Below, piece after piece: positions 7,856 through 17,206 of a stretch of 20,000 nucleotides of DNA. Source of the stretch: an uncultured virus (IMG/VR IMGVR_UViG_3300021197_001811) (taxonomy: Duplodnaviria > Heunggongvirae > Uroviricota > Caudoviricetes); the IMG/VR virus record IMGVR_UViG_3300021197_001811, one strand, 5' to 3'. A program made the position numbers and the translations under genes. The notes under the pieces were generated by a model. The model saw only the letters and a list, made by a program, of their open reading frames with translations. It was not told where the DNA came from and did not search any database. Position 1 is the stretch's first letter. Each line of letters begins with the position of its first letter.

Positions 7856-10800
7856 TTAATCTTCGAAAGCCGCGCCGCTATTTGTGATAACAAAATCGAT
7901 GGCGATGAACTCTAGAGCCTTTGTCGGCTTTAGGAAGATCTTTGCATACATAATGTTTCTGTCAATAAGGTCAGCAGTCGTAGTAGAAGAATCGAGAACA
8001 ACTTTGAAGTCATCCAGTCCTAATCTAGCCTTGAGCGAAGCCAAGAATGGCTCAACCTGACCCTTAAATCGATTCCAAGTCGACTGTACGTTCTGATCAA
8101 AGAGCAGTACCGAAGCAGTTCTTGAAATTTCCTTCTTGACGTAAATCATCAGTCTTCTTACATTAACCCTGTCAAGAGCAGATGGCGTAGCCATCAGTGT
8201 CTTTTGTCCGAAGATCACGATACCCTCTGCAGGGAACTGTGCGATCGGATTGATACTGTGCTCATAGAGGTCGTCTCTATCCTGAGCTGAAAGTCTCTGT
8301 GAGACTCCCAAGACCGGGATTCCTGCTGCTCCGTTACTGAGGCCACCGCGAGTGAAGCCTGCAGGAGCAAACCAGAGTGAGTGATTACGCTCAGTGTTCG
8401 CAAAAGTTCCGAGTGCCACGACTGAAGGTGGTACCCAAACCTGCTGATCATTAATCTCGTCTTGAATCTTAACCCAAGGGAAGTATGCACAACCGTAGCT
8501 GGTGTTAAGGCTTCTTGTCTTGACTTGGTTCACACAGTCAGTTACGTTGTTGTTTGTTATTCTTGTCTTGAACGTATTGGTTGTCTCCGTCGAAGGTTGG
8601 TAACCGTTATATTCGAGGTCAATGATGGCCAGTGAGTCTCCGCGATCCTCACACACGCTAAGCATGTGATTGGTGATGAGGGGCTCTCTGACGCCCGGAA
8701 CTACCATTGCGTTAATATCTACAACCTCTGGCTCTGCGACAGCGTCTATCGCGAGCTTAAGTGAGTTGGCAGCATAGTTGCCCTTCAAGCTAACTCCAGA
8801 AAGAACGTGATGACCGAAAGGCTCTCTTTCCTTGATATCTAGGCCGTCGAAGCCACCATACATTGGAGAGGTAAACTTAGTAAACCCAGTCTTAACCAGG
8901 TCGGTATAACCACCTCTAAGCGCCGTGTATGATACTCCATCCTTTCTAGATCCGGATACATAGTGTGCCTTTCTAACCGAAGTAGCTGCAGAGTCGGCAG
9001 CAACAAGATCGTCAAGAGTAAATATGAAAGAATACTCTGTGTTAGAGGCTGCGTCCCAAGCGTCTGCAGCGATACCCTTACCGCCAGCGACGACGTCCAA
9101 ATAGGACTCGTCAAATCTGTGACTGGATGGTGATCTCGCAGTCGAGACACCAAAGTGAGCCAACTTATCGAATCGTAGACTGTCGTCAGAACTCGAAACC
9201 CTCAAAGGAAGCGAAGGAAAAATGACCGCCGCTCGTGGGTGTGGAAAAGCCGCGTCTGCTGGGATGCCGGCAATAGTGCTGGCGGATGGGTGCAATCCAC
9301 CAAATATTGCTGTTGTCTTAAATGGTGAAGCACCAACCGCTCCAGAAAGGATGCCGCTCGCACTACCAGATAGGAAAACAGATCCGGTAGCTAAGGTGCC
9401 TTCTGCGGCTCCTAGGCCAACGCCGCCGTCGTCGGTACTAGACGCGTGAACCGTAGATCCAGTCATCTTACCTACGTGAATGCCTGACAGGTCAATCTTC
9501 TTGTATCTTGGAGGTCCGTAAAAACCCCAAGGAAGAAGTGCTGGATCCGTAATACCCTCTTCAACGTCAGAGTTTACTTCAACTCTTATGAATCTTGACT
9601 GATTTGGATGCTGTCCATATACTCTGAATCGTTTCTCGACGTCACTCCATTCCTGATACATATCGCCGATCTTTGATCCGATATAATTTCTAGAATTGGG
9701 ATTAAGACTACAGTTAGAGAACTTCTCCATAACTCTCACTGCACCGTCATGGTCTCGGACGGAACGAAGAGTTACAGTAAACGATCCGTAAGGACTCGCA
9801 TCGCTGCCGGCTCTGAGGTCTGATATCGAGACCTTAATATTCCTGGAGGCCCAGGCGCCGTCGTCCAGTGCAGTTATTCTGAATAGCTTTTGCTGCTTGG
9901 CAGCGTCGAACTTTGTCGTGTTGCTTGAAAGGTCCTGACCAAAGAACCAGCCAGACTTTGCAGGCTGAGTGCTTATCTGGTTTGATCCCCAGTTTGTTGT
10001 ACCCTCTAGGCCAACGATGACGCCGTACAAGGAAGGATCTGCTGCAAGGTTACCCTGGTGCAGGGTTCCGCTACTGTGCAAATCTCTTGCGTGCCTATCG
10101 AAGGTTTCACCGAGCCAGTACCCAGACGTGTTACTAACAGCTGCCGTTCTGCCGCATAGGGTCGGATTCGTATTGAAAACTTTTCTTATGTATTTGTCAG
10201 AATCTCTATCGAAGTTAAAAGTAAGCTTCTTACCAACATCCGAGGCGTCAAAGAGAACTGCTGTGAACTCCATTGTCGCTATTGCGCTCGTCTTAAGAGC
10301 AACGCCGTTTCCGGCTATTGATGTCCGACCTTCGCTTAGGCTGGCGTCGTCCAAATAACCAGCTCGTATTCCGTTGAGCAGCGCTCCTGAAAGCTCTATT
10401 GCGCCCTCATCAAAATACCAAACTGCCGCCAATGAACCAGTTGCTCTAGCTCGGCCTCGTCTGGCCACAGGTGCCGAGTCTCCCAGGAATGCTCCCTGGT
10501 TGTCGATCTGGTGTGAGCCCGAAGTAAACAAGAATAAACCGAAGGCGCCACCGTTTCCAGAAGGAGTTACATCCGTGTTTGCTGCGTGTGAATTATCCAC
10601 CTTCCAGCCAGCTTCACCACCGGTTACTGCGTCAGGGTGCGCTTCACCCAAAACTCTGACTACGGTTATTGGTGCTGAGTTTCTTAGGTAAGCCTGTGCC
10701 GCGTATGCTGCATAAGTAGGGGCAAGATAGTTGCCCTCTCTCCAGACGTCTCCGCCGCGGCCGCCGGGGATGGGGTTACCGAAAATCTCGATAAACTCGC

Positions 10801-10960
10801 TCATACTCTCAACGGTGACTGGTCGGTTTCCTGGGCCTCTTTCTAAGCGGCCTATAATGGCTGGTCCTCTCGCGCCTGCATCTGCGTCAGGTCTTCCTGT
10901 GTTGTCAATCTCGTTAACAAAGACTCCAGGCGAGACGAACTTAAATGAATCAACGGACAT
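7856..10960 (-). CDS. Contractile tail sheath protein (1034 aa)
   Basis: N-terminal FVSPGVFVNEID. C-terminal sheath core WFAPAGFTRG, INPIAQFPAEGIVIFGQKTL, ALDRVNVRRLMIYVKK, IFLKPTKALEFIAIDF. SD AAGGAG. Confidence 0.96.
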   Translation of the reverse strand: MSVDSFKFVSPGVFVNEIDNTGRPDADAGARGPAIIGRLERGPGNRPVTVESMSEFIEIFGNPIPGGRGGDVWREGNYLAPTYAAYAAQAYLRNSAPITVVRVLGEAHPDAVTGGEAGWKVDNSHAANTDVTPSGNGGAFGLFLFTSGSHQIDNQGAFLGDSAPVARRGRARATGSLAAVWYFDEGAIELSGALLNGIRAGYLDDASLSEGRTSIAGNGVALKTSAIATMEFTAVLFDASDVGKKLTFNFDRDSDKYIRKVFNTNPTLCGRTAAVSNTSGYWLGETFDRHARDLHSSGTLHQGNLAADPSLYGVIVGLEGTTNWGSNQISTQPAKSGWFFGQDLSSNTTKFDAAKQQKLFRITALDDGAWASRNIKVSISDLRAGSDASPYGSFTVTLRSVRDHDGAVRVMEKFSNCSLNPNSRNYIGSKIGDMYQEWSDVEKRFRVYGQHPNQSRFIRVEVNSDVEEGITDPALLPWGFYGPPRYKKIDLSGIHVGKMTGSTVHASSTDDGGVGLGAAEGTLATGSVFLSGSASGILSGAVGASPFKTTAIFGGLHPSASTIAGIPADAAFPHPRAAVIFPSLPLRVSSSDDSLRFDKLAHFGVSTARSPSSHRFDESYLDVVAGGKGIAADAWDAASNTEYSFIFTLDDLVAADSAATSVRKAHYVSGSRKDGVSYTALRGGYTDLVKTGFTKFTSPMYGGFDGLDIKEREPFGHHVLSGVSLKGNYAANSLKLAIDAVAEPEVVDINAMVVPGVREPLITNHMLSVCEDRGDSLAIIDLEYNGYQPSTETTNTFKTRITNNNVTDCVNQVKTRSLNTSYGCAYFPWVKIQDEINDQQVWVPPSVVALGTFANTERNHSLWFAPAGFTRGGLSNGAAGIPVLGVSQRLSAQDRDDLYEHSINPIAQFPAEGIVIFGQKTLMATPSALDRVNVRRLMIYVKKEISRTASVLLFDQNVQSTWNRFKGQVEPFLASLKARLGLDDFKVVLDSSTTTADLIDRNIMYAKIFLKPTKALEFIAIDFVITNSGAAFED

Positions 10961-11091
10961 ATTTTGTTTCTCCTTAAAGCGATTAATTTATAAAAGAATC
11001 GTGTGATCTTTATACTTCTTACTTAAATAAATAGTCTTCAACAATCCAAAAGGTATTGTAAATAATTCTTTAAACCGCACTATGCAGAAAC

Positions 11092-11119
11092 AAAAAAGGA
11101 GGGGCCGGATGGCCCCCCC
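11092..11119 (-). terminator. Rho-independent terminator after the fibre gene
   Basis: Minus strand GGGGGGCC-ATCC-GGCCCCTCC followed by TTTTTT. Confidence 0.85.
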
Positions 11120-11148
11120 AAGATATCATTACGATACTATCTAATCGA

Positions 11149-14100
11149 TTAGGAAACTACGCCCGAACCGGAGAGATAAGTGATTGTCAGGATATCGTCA
11201 CTGTCCAACGCGAGGTCTTCATTGAGAAGAACCTTATAAGCATTAGCAGAACCTGTCGCCAAGTGATAATCTGCGCTGCCAATATTACGTCCAGCGTCAG
11301 AGATCTGATGGTGATCACCGTGGAGCAGGATACCGTTCAAGTAAACCATAATGGTACCCGAAACTGGCTGTGCGCCAAGTGATGCAGTTGTGTATGGTGT
11401 CGCGACCGCATTGGTAGCGAACATACCATGCGTAGGCACGGTACCACTGATGTTAGAGCCATCTGCGCGAACGAAGATGCCCTTTCTCCAGCCAACACTC
11501 AAACGACCAGAAGTAAATACGAGACCACCGTGGGCATCGTTGTTGTTCTGGATGACGTCGTTAGCTAGCTTTGCCTTAGTGACCGATGCGTTATTGATCT
11601 TCGCAGTCGTAACAGCGGAATCAAGAATCGCAGCAGACAAGACAGAACCAGTCTGTAGGTTGTCCTGTGTGACAACTCCCTTACCAATCAAGCGGTTGAT
11701 GTCAATTCGGTTGAACTGACCCATCGCGCCGGAGATAGCAGAACTGGCTCCAGTACAAGTGATACCACCTGCAGAAGACAAAGCTCCGACAGTAGCAGTT
11801 CCGGCGATGCCGACAGCACCTGCAATAGATGCAGACATTGCACTCACGAGGCTATATCTCTTTGTTGCCGAACCAAGGGCAACCTTGTTATCATTCTGTG
11901 GGATAAGATCAGTGATCTGACCACCCAAGAACGAAAGATCATCAGTGTTCGCTGAACCTAGGATAACGCCATTTGAAGCAGTTATACTGCCCGCCTGGAG
12001 TCCACCGAGGACTGCATCGTCACCAGTAAGATCGTGGAAGTTACCAGTTGCACCGGAAACCGATGTTGAACCAACTAGAGCAACACCGCTGACCTTGCCG
12101 ACAGAAACGTGGCCAATTTCAGCTCTCTTACCCTGTAGGAGAGAACCAGAAACAGAACCAGTAACGCCAAAGCGCATACCTGGAGTGCCCAACATAGCCT
12201 GAGTAACGCCACCAGACATGAAGCTTGCGCCCGACTGTCCGTCAACATTAATGACCATAGAGTCACCAGTCACCTTTCTATTTCCTAGTGTCATCGACAT
12301 AAGCGGGAGAGAACCAGTGCCAGAGACACCGACCTTACCACCGAGCTGGAAACCAGCACCGACGAAGTCACCAGCAACCGAACCAGAAACACCTGCGATA
12401 ATCAGGTTATCCTGAATCTCTAGTGAATCCTTTGTAACTGTTCTAGAAACGATAGTATCAACATCCAACTGTGTGATCTTCGCGTAAGAAGCAGTAATTG
12501 CTGTTGCAACAACTGTATCAATGTTACCTGTGTCGATGTGAGCTTCAGCGAACTGCTTCGAAGAAGTACCCAAGTCAACCTTGCTGTCATTCTGTGGTAC
12601 AAGGTCTGTAATGAGACCACCCAAGATTGACAAGTCATCTGTGTTCGCTGAACCTAGGATAACGCCATTTGAGGCAGTCAGGCTACCTGCTGTCATCACA
12701 GATGCAGTCAACTGACCCGTGGTGCCATAAATTGCTGCAACACTGCCAACGACAGTATTTGCGGCGGAACCGTCAAGTAAGTTAATTTCTGCAGCAGTTG
12801 AAGTAACAGCCGTACCTNNNNNNNNNNNNNNNNNNNNNNNNNNNNNNNNNNNNNNNNNNNNNNNNNNNNNNNNNNNNNNNNNNNNNNNNNNNNNNNNNNN
12901 NNNNNNNNNNNNNNNNNGTGACCTGACCACCCAAGAATCCCAAGTCGTCAGCATTTGAACTACCGAGTAGGACGCCGTTTGAAGCCGTAATGCTGGAAGC
13001 AACAATGCCACCAACAGTAAGATCATCAGCAGCGAGATCGTGGAAAGTAGATGCAGAACCAGAAACAGTAGCAGCCGAGACTGTATCAGTAACTGTTAGA
13101 CTGTTTCCAATACCAACATTGTCACTAAAAGAACCGGATTCTGCGAAAACGGTGTTCCAAGCTAGTGCGTTTGTACCCAAGTCGTTCAAGCCGTCCGTCT
13201 TTGGAATAAGGCCTGAAATAATTCTAGCAGTGATATTAAGAGTATCACCTGTTGCGTCACCTATGAGAACGTCGCCAGATGCGGTGATGTTCGTGAGAAC
13301 TGAAGAAGAAATATAACTCTTTAGTGCTCCTAGTGTAAGACCCTTCATCCCGGCTGACGCGCCGCGAGATGAGGAGAGTGCCAAGGTATCTGCATCTTGC
13401 AAATCCGTGACAAAATCTGCTGCAGCTAAGTCGCTAAAACTTAGGTGCTTAACTTCTATTGAACCTGAACTGATGTTGTCTTTGGTCAACCCACCGACTG
13501 CGATGAGTTTTGCCCCTATTCTTGTTCTTGCCATGATTGATGTTACTCCTGAGGATTCTCCTCCTCCGCTCATTCCAGATACGGAAAAAAGGGATCCCTT
13601 GTTCGTTGTTGTGATTGTTACGTTTCCGACGTCACTATCATTGTCGTTAGTTAAATTAACTGTGGCGTCCGAGCGAGTCGCAGTGATTTCCAGCTTTGAA
13701 CCATTAATTATGTCTTTAATGGACTCCGCGATGTCTGCTGCACTCAGCGAAGCATCTGAACCAGATCCCGCCTTCGTACCACCTCTGAAATATATCTCAG
13801 TGTTGACGTTATTGTAAAGAAACTGGTCATTGTCTGCGGACGCATTCAAAGTATGTCTTGCGATAGCAGGGGCCTGAGCATATTCGTTATAACCATAAGA
13901 CGCTGCAATCTTTTCAGCTGCCGAAGAAGCTGTCAAGTGAGCCTGTGCGTCCACCAAGTTAAAAGAACAAGCATTTCCCTTTGCTCCTGCTGTCTCATAC
14001 TCCAAGCGTATACCAACAGACTCAGCCGATGTGTAAGAGCCTGCGCCGCCAAGAGTACCAAGAGATGCAGACATCAAAGATCCGTCTGACTTAATACCCT

Positions 14101-14743
14101 GAACGTCGATGTTGATCAGACCGGACGTGTACGCATGTTTAATCGCACCAAAGAATACCTGGTGCGCTTTCCACGCATTAGTGCCCTCGTTAACAACTCT
14201 TATAAAATAGTTCCTGCTTGAAGCAGTCTCTCTATAGAGCCAATACCTAGGAGAACCTGTAGCTGAATACTTATAAAGCAATACAGCGCTCTGGTTTGTT
14301 ATCGCGGTGGCATTGGTTGAACCAAAGCCAATCTTGATTGAATCTCCGTCAGCGTCTCTTATAACCCAGTGAGGTCTAACTGCAATGTCCTTAAACCCGG
14401 CATTACCTGCCGTTGCAATTTCACCATACTGGTTAAGCGCGTTGTCTATGTTCGCTGAGTCCGTAAAATAAAACGATATGCCTGCCTTTGTCGCGCCATC
14501 TGACTCGTCAAAGGTTGGGATAACTACTCTGCCTCTTTGAGAATCCTCAAAAGGTGTCTGAGTAGAAGCCGTGTATGCCGTTGCAAGTTCTCCGACGTAT
14601 CGGGTCTGCAATTGGCTTGCATGATTATCTATAACAAAAGTTAAACTATTAGTACCATCTCCTAAAACAAAACGTGGGTAATCAGCTGAGTCGAATTCGC
14701 CCCCAGCTTCAGCGATTACCACTGTTCCTGTTGATGCTGCCAT
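11149..14743 (-). CDS. Large Gly/Ser/Thr/Ala-rich virion fibre or appendage protein, probably a single gene spanning the N gap
   Basis: The open frame from ATG 14743 (SD GGGAG) reaches the gap, and a second open frame runs from the gap to TAA 11149. The same repeat module (SITASNGV.LGS.N.DDL..LGG) occurs on both sides. Fibre-type motifs VTSTAAEINLLDG and AVTTAKI/SVTKAKL are present. Confidence 0.7.
11945..12672. repeat. Intragenic direct repeat, 32-bp identical core at 11945-11976 and 12641-12672
   Basis: gtgttcgctgaacctaggataacgccatttga occurs twice. A more diverged copy lies at about 12920-13000. Confidence 0.85.
12818..12917. other. Scaffold gap (exactly 100 N, placeholder length)
   Basis: Run of N, counted directly. 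Confidence 0.98.
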
Positions 14744-14880
14744 GTTAATGGTCTCCCTCTCTATTTAGATGGATGTTCGTATCTATAAAATGTAAGTATA
14801 TGATTAATAAACCAGAACAGGTTTAAAATAGGTCTTAAAGATTGGATTAACGGAATTGAACGGAAAAGTAAAAAACGATA

Positions 14881-15117
14881 CTACGAAAACAGAAGCTTTT
14901 TTAAGTTTCTTACATTGTTATCGAATCTACAAAATTCTGAACTAAGAAACTCTATTGATCTTTTTTTACATTCATCGGGATTATCAAACTCAAAATGGAA
15001 GCGCCCACCCTCTAGTCGATGACACTTCAGCAGCCTCACCTCAAACATCTGAAGATACGCGGCGATACCGATATCTGATGTTACATAAGTTTGTTGTGCC
15101 TGTTGTTCCTCGCTCAC
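14881..15117 (-). CDS. Small protein, DUF5659-like
   Basis: GTG start with AAGGGG. YVTSDIGIAAYL...L......GRFHFEF matches the DUF5659 pattern as recalled, unverified. Confidence 0.6.
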   Translation of the reverse strand: MSEEQQAQQTYVTSDIGIAAYLQMFEVRLLKCHRLEGGRFHFEFDNPDECKKRSIEFLSSEFCRFDNNVRNLKKLLFS

Positions 15118-15249
15118 TTTAAATTTCCCCTTTATGGTTTTGTGTCCTAATAGTATGTAGTCCAGTCGGTCCTTAACTCCCGAGACTTATAAGTATACTT
15201 ACAATATTATTCCAACTGTGAGTTTCTTGTAAGAGTTTGGTAAGAAAAA

Positions 15250-15882
15250 CTATTGCCTCTTCACGAACCTTGCCTTTTCTCCCTGCTGACGCGGGAACTC
15301 TAGACTGTATTCAGCATGAGGATCTAAGTTGTATGTACTCCTTAAGCCGGCGATATACTCTGTTAGAAGTTTATGCTTTCGCTCTATATACTCCAACAAC
15401 TCATCCTTGTCTGATTCATAGTTCTGCAACAATAAGCCCAAGTCTGTAATTTTTTGGTTTATCTCTGAGCGCTCTTCTATTATCTCTTTCAAGTGTGCGA
15501 ACTTAAGTTCCACAACCTCTGGAAATATTGGCTTTTTTTCTATTTCTGCCTCAGGTTCGGGCTCAGGCTCGGGCTCAGGCTCGGGCTCAGGTTCGGGCTC
15601 AGGTTCCGGGGCCGGAGGGGGCTCAGGAGGGGACTCCGGAGCAGGGGCAGGGGCAAGAGCAGGGGCTTTAGGCGCAGGAGTTGATACGGGCTCTGGTGGT
15701 GGAGTTGGTTCCGAAACGACCTCTTCCACGTCTGCATCTTCAACCTCCAAGATCACCTCCTCATCATCGTCGTCATCTTCTCCGATTAGTGCCTCTATTG
15801 CCTTTCCAGCCTTCTCAGTAAACGCTGGGTCTGTCTCTTTTATCTTTTCAAGCAAGTCAATTAGTTTGTCTAAATCGGGCAT
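15250..15882 (-). CDS. Hypothetical acidic protein with a Pro/Glu-rich linker and a coiled-coil C-terminus
   Basis: SD AAGGAG. Contains a poly-Asp run, a (PE)n tract and a heptad-like C-terminal region. Confidence 0.8.
   Translation of the reverse strand: MPDLDKLIDLLEKIKETDPAFTEKAGKAIEALIGEDDDDDEEVILEVEDADVEEVVSEPTPPPEPVSTPAPKAPALAPAPAPESPPEPPPAPEPEPEPEPEPEPEPEPEPEAEIEKKPIFPEVVELKFAHLKEIIEERSEINQKITDLGLLLQNYESDKDELLEYIERKHKLLTEYIAGLRSTYNLDPHAEYSLEFPRQQGEKARFVKRQ
15550..15609. repeat. 12-bp tandem repeat (ctcaggYtcggg x about 5) encoding (PE)n
   Basis: Read directly. Confidence 0.9.
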
Positions 15883-15931
15883 GTCGATCTCCTTTGTTCC
15901 GATAATATAAATAGATATTTAATTACAAAAA

Positions 15932-17206
15932 CTACGACTTAACATAACTTATGATCAAGTTTTCATCTGACTTTGGAGGGTCTTCGTCGTTAAATTCTAT
16001 AGTTGTACTATTGGTGACAGTGTAATCATTATCGTCTCCGACAGACATTAGAACACCGTCCCTGAAGACTTGTTGCGTGCCTATGATGAAGGCCTCTGAA
16101 GTTGTAAAAGTCGTTCTGCTTCCGTCGCCGGTTTGCTGGAATTCTCCGTTCGGAGTATAGTTTGTAGTTGTTACTGATCCTGCCACAGCTGCTGTAGTGG
16201 TGGAGCCACCACCTCCTCCTCCTGTACTTTCTGCCCCCCTATCAAAAACAAATGGGCTTACTTGAAAATCTGCCTCTCCTTTGTCTATCAGCCTCACAAC
16301 ACCTGCGAGGCCATAAAACCTACCGTTCTCGCTCTCTGGAGAATCTCCGAACACTAGCCTCTCTCTTGGCATCTTGATATCCACAGCGTTCTCTCTTATG
16401 GAATAAGTCGGCTGTGCTGCGTTCGGACCTTCTCCTATTAAATAGGCAAGGATCTTTATATCAATGGTCGTTTCTATTTTTCTTTCTTCTTTCGTAAAGG
16501 AAGAATAATTGTTTTTATGAGAGAATTCCTGCTGGATAAAGCCTTCGTATCGGTGACCGTGGCGAGATACAAGAATATAATTAACTCCTCCTGGAGCTGT
16601 GATGAATGGGGTTATCGCCTCGTTCATCTGCTGTTGATACTCTGTTCTGATCGTGATCCTATATGTCATCTCAACGTATACCGGCTGAGGTATACTTATG
16701 GTTTCGTATACTATTTTGTCTTTATACTGGCCAGGGAAGTTAATTTGACCTCTCTTTTTATATGTTCGTGCGTTTACAAAGTTTGATGTCTTATCTTGCT
16801 TCAGTCTTCTGGCTATCCTTATTGAGCCACCCTTCTCATCAGCGTGGGGAACGATGTTAGCCCAAACAGCGCCCTTCTTATTCAGATCCTTTGTTATTCC
16901 TGTTCTCTCAACTGCGATAATAGGTAATATTAGAGCACCAGAGTTGTCCCTGAAGTGTAGTTCTCTCTTTGCTGACATGCTTCTCTCTGGAGACACCCAA
17001 ACAATGGACAGAGGTTCGAAGCCACGATGGGTAGTCGTGCTTATGTTTAACTTCTTTATATAATCGAACAGCGCAGAGTCAACATTCTCTATGTTGGAAG
17101 CCTGAAATGGTATCGGAGTCTGATAGTCATGAGGTATAAACAAATCTGCTGTAGATATGCCTCGACGCATTGCTTCTTTTCTGCCTATATCCTTTTCCCT
17201 AATCAT
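15932..17206 (-). CDS. Tail terminator / sheath stabiliser (gp15-like) paralogue 2, with a Gly/Thr linker and an extra C-terminal beta domain
   Basis: Motifs LILPIIAVER, YETISIPQPVYVEMTYRITIRTEYQQQMNEAI. ATG overlaps the upstream stop, SD GAGGA. Confidence 0.75.
   Translation of the reverse strand: MIREKDIGRKEAMRRGISTADLFIPHDYQTPIPFQASNIENVDSALFDYIKKLNISTTTHRGFEPLSIVWVSPERSMSAKRELHFRDNSGALILPIIAVERTGITKDLNKKGAVWANIVPHADEKGGSIRIARRLKQDKTSNFVNARTYKKRGQINFPGQYKDKIVYETISIPQPVYVEMTYRITIRTEYQQQMNEAITPFITAPGGVNYILVSRHGHRYEGFIQQEFSHKNNYSSFTKEERKIETTIDIKILAYLIGEGPNAAQPTYSIRENAVDIKMPRERLVFGDSPESENGRFYGLAGVVRLIDKGEADFQVSPFVFDRGAESTGGGGGGSTTTAAVAGSVTTTNYTPNGEFQQTGDGSRTTFTTSEAFIIGTQQVFRDGVLMSVGDDNDYTVTNSTTIEFNDEDPPKSDENLIISYVKS

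Noticed and set aside
1738..10960. Extracellular contractile injection system, tailocin or T6SS
   Set aside because: The gp13- and gp14-like neck genes imply a capsid-bearing phage. No AAA ATPase, effector or host genes are seen.
10961..11148. tRNA or structured ncRNA in intergenic spacers
   Set aside because: No cloverleaf or T-loop motif was seen. The structure is explained by a terminator and the promoter-like motif.
12782..13026. Frameshift or pseudogene in the fibre gene
   Set aside because: The frame change coincides with a placeholder 100-N gap. The track's ends at 12782 and 13026 are artefacts.
3541..15609. CRISPR array or DGR template/variable repeat
   Set aside because: The repeats are in-frame coding repeats with no spacers. 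The fibre repeat differences look mostly synonymous rather than adenine-specific, and no reverse transcriptase is present in the window.
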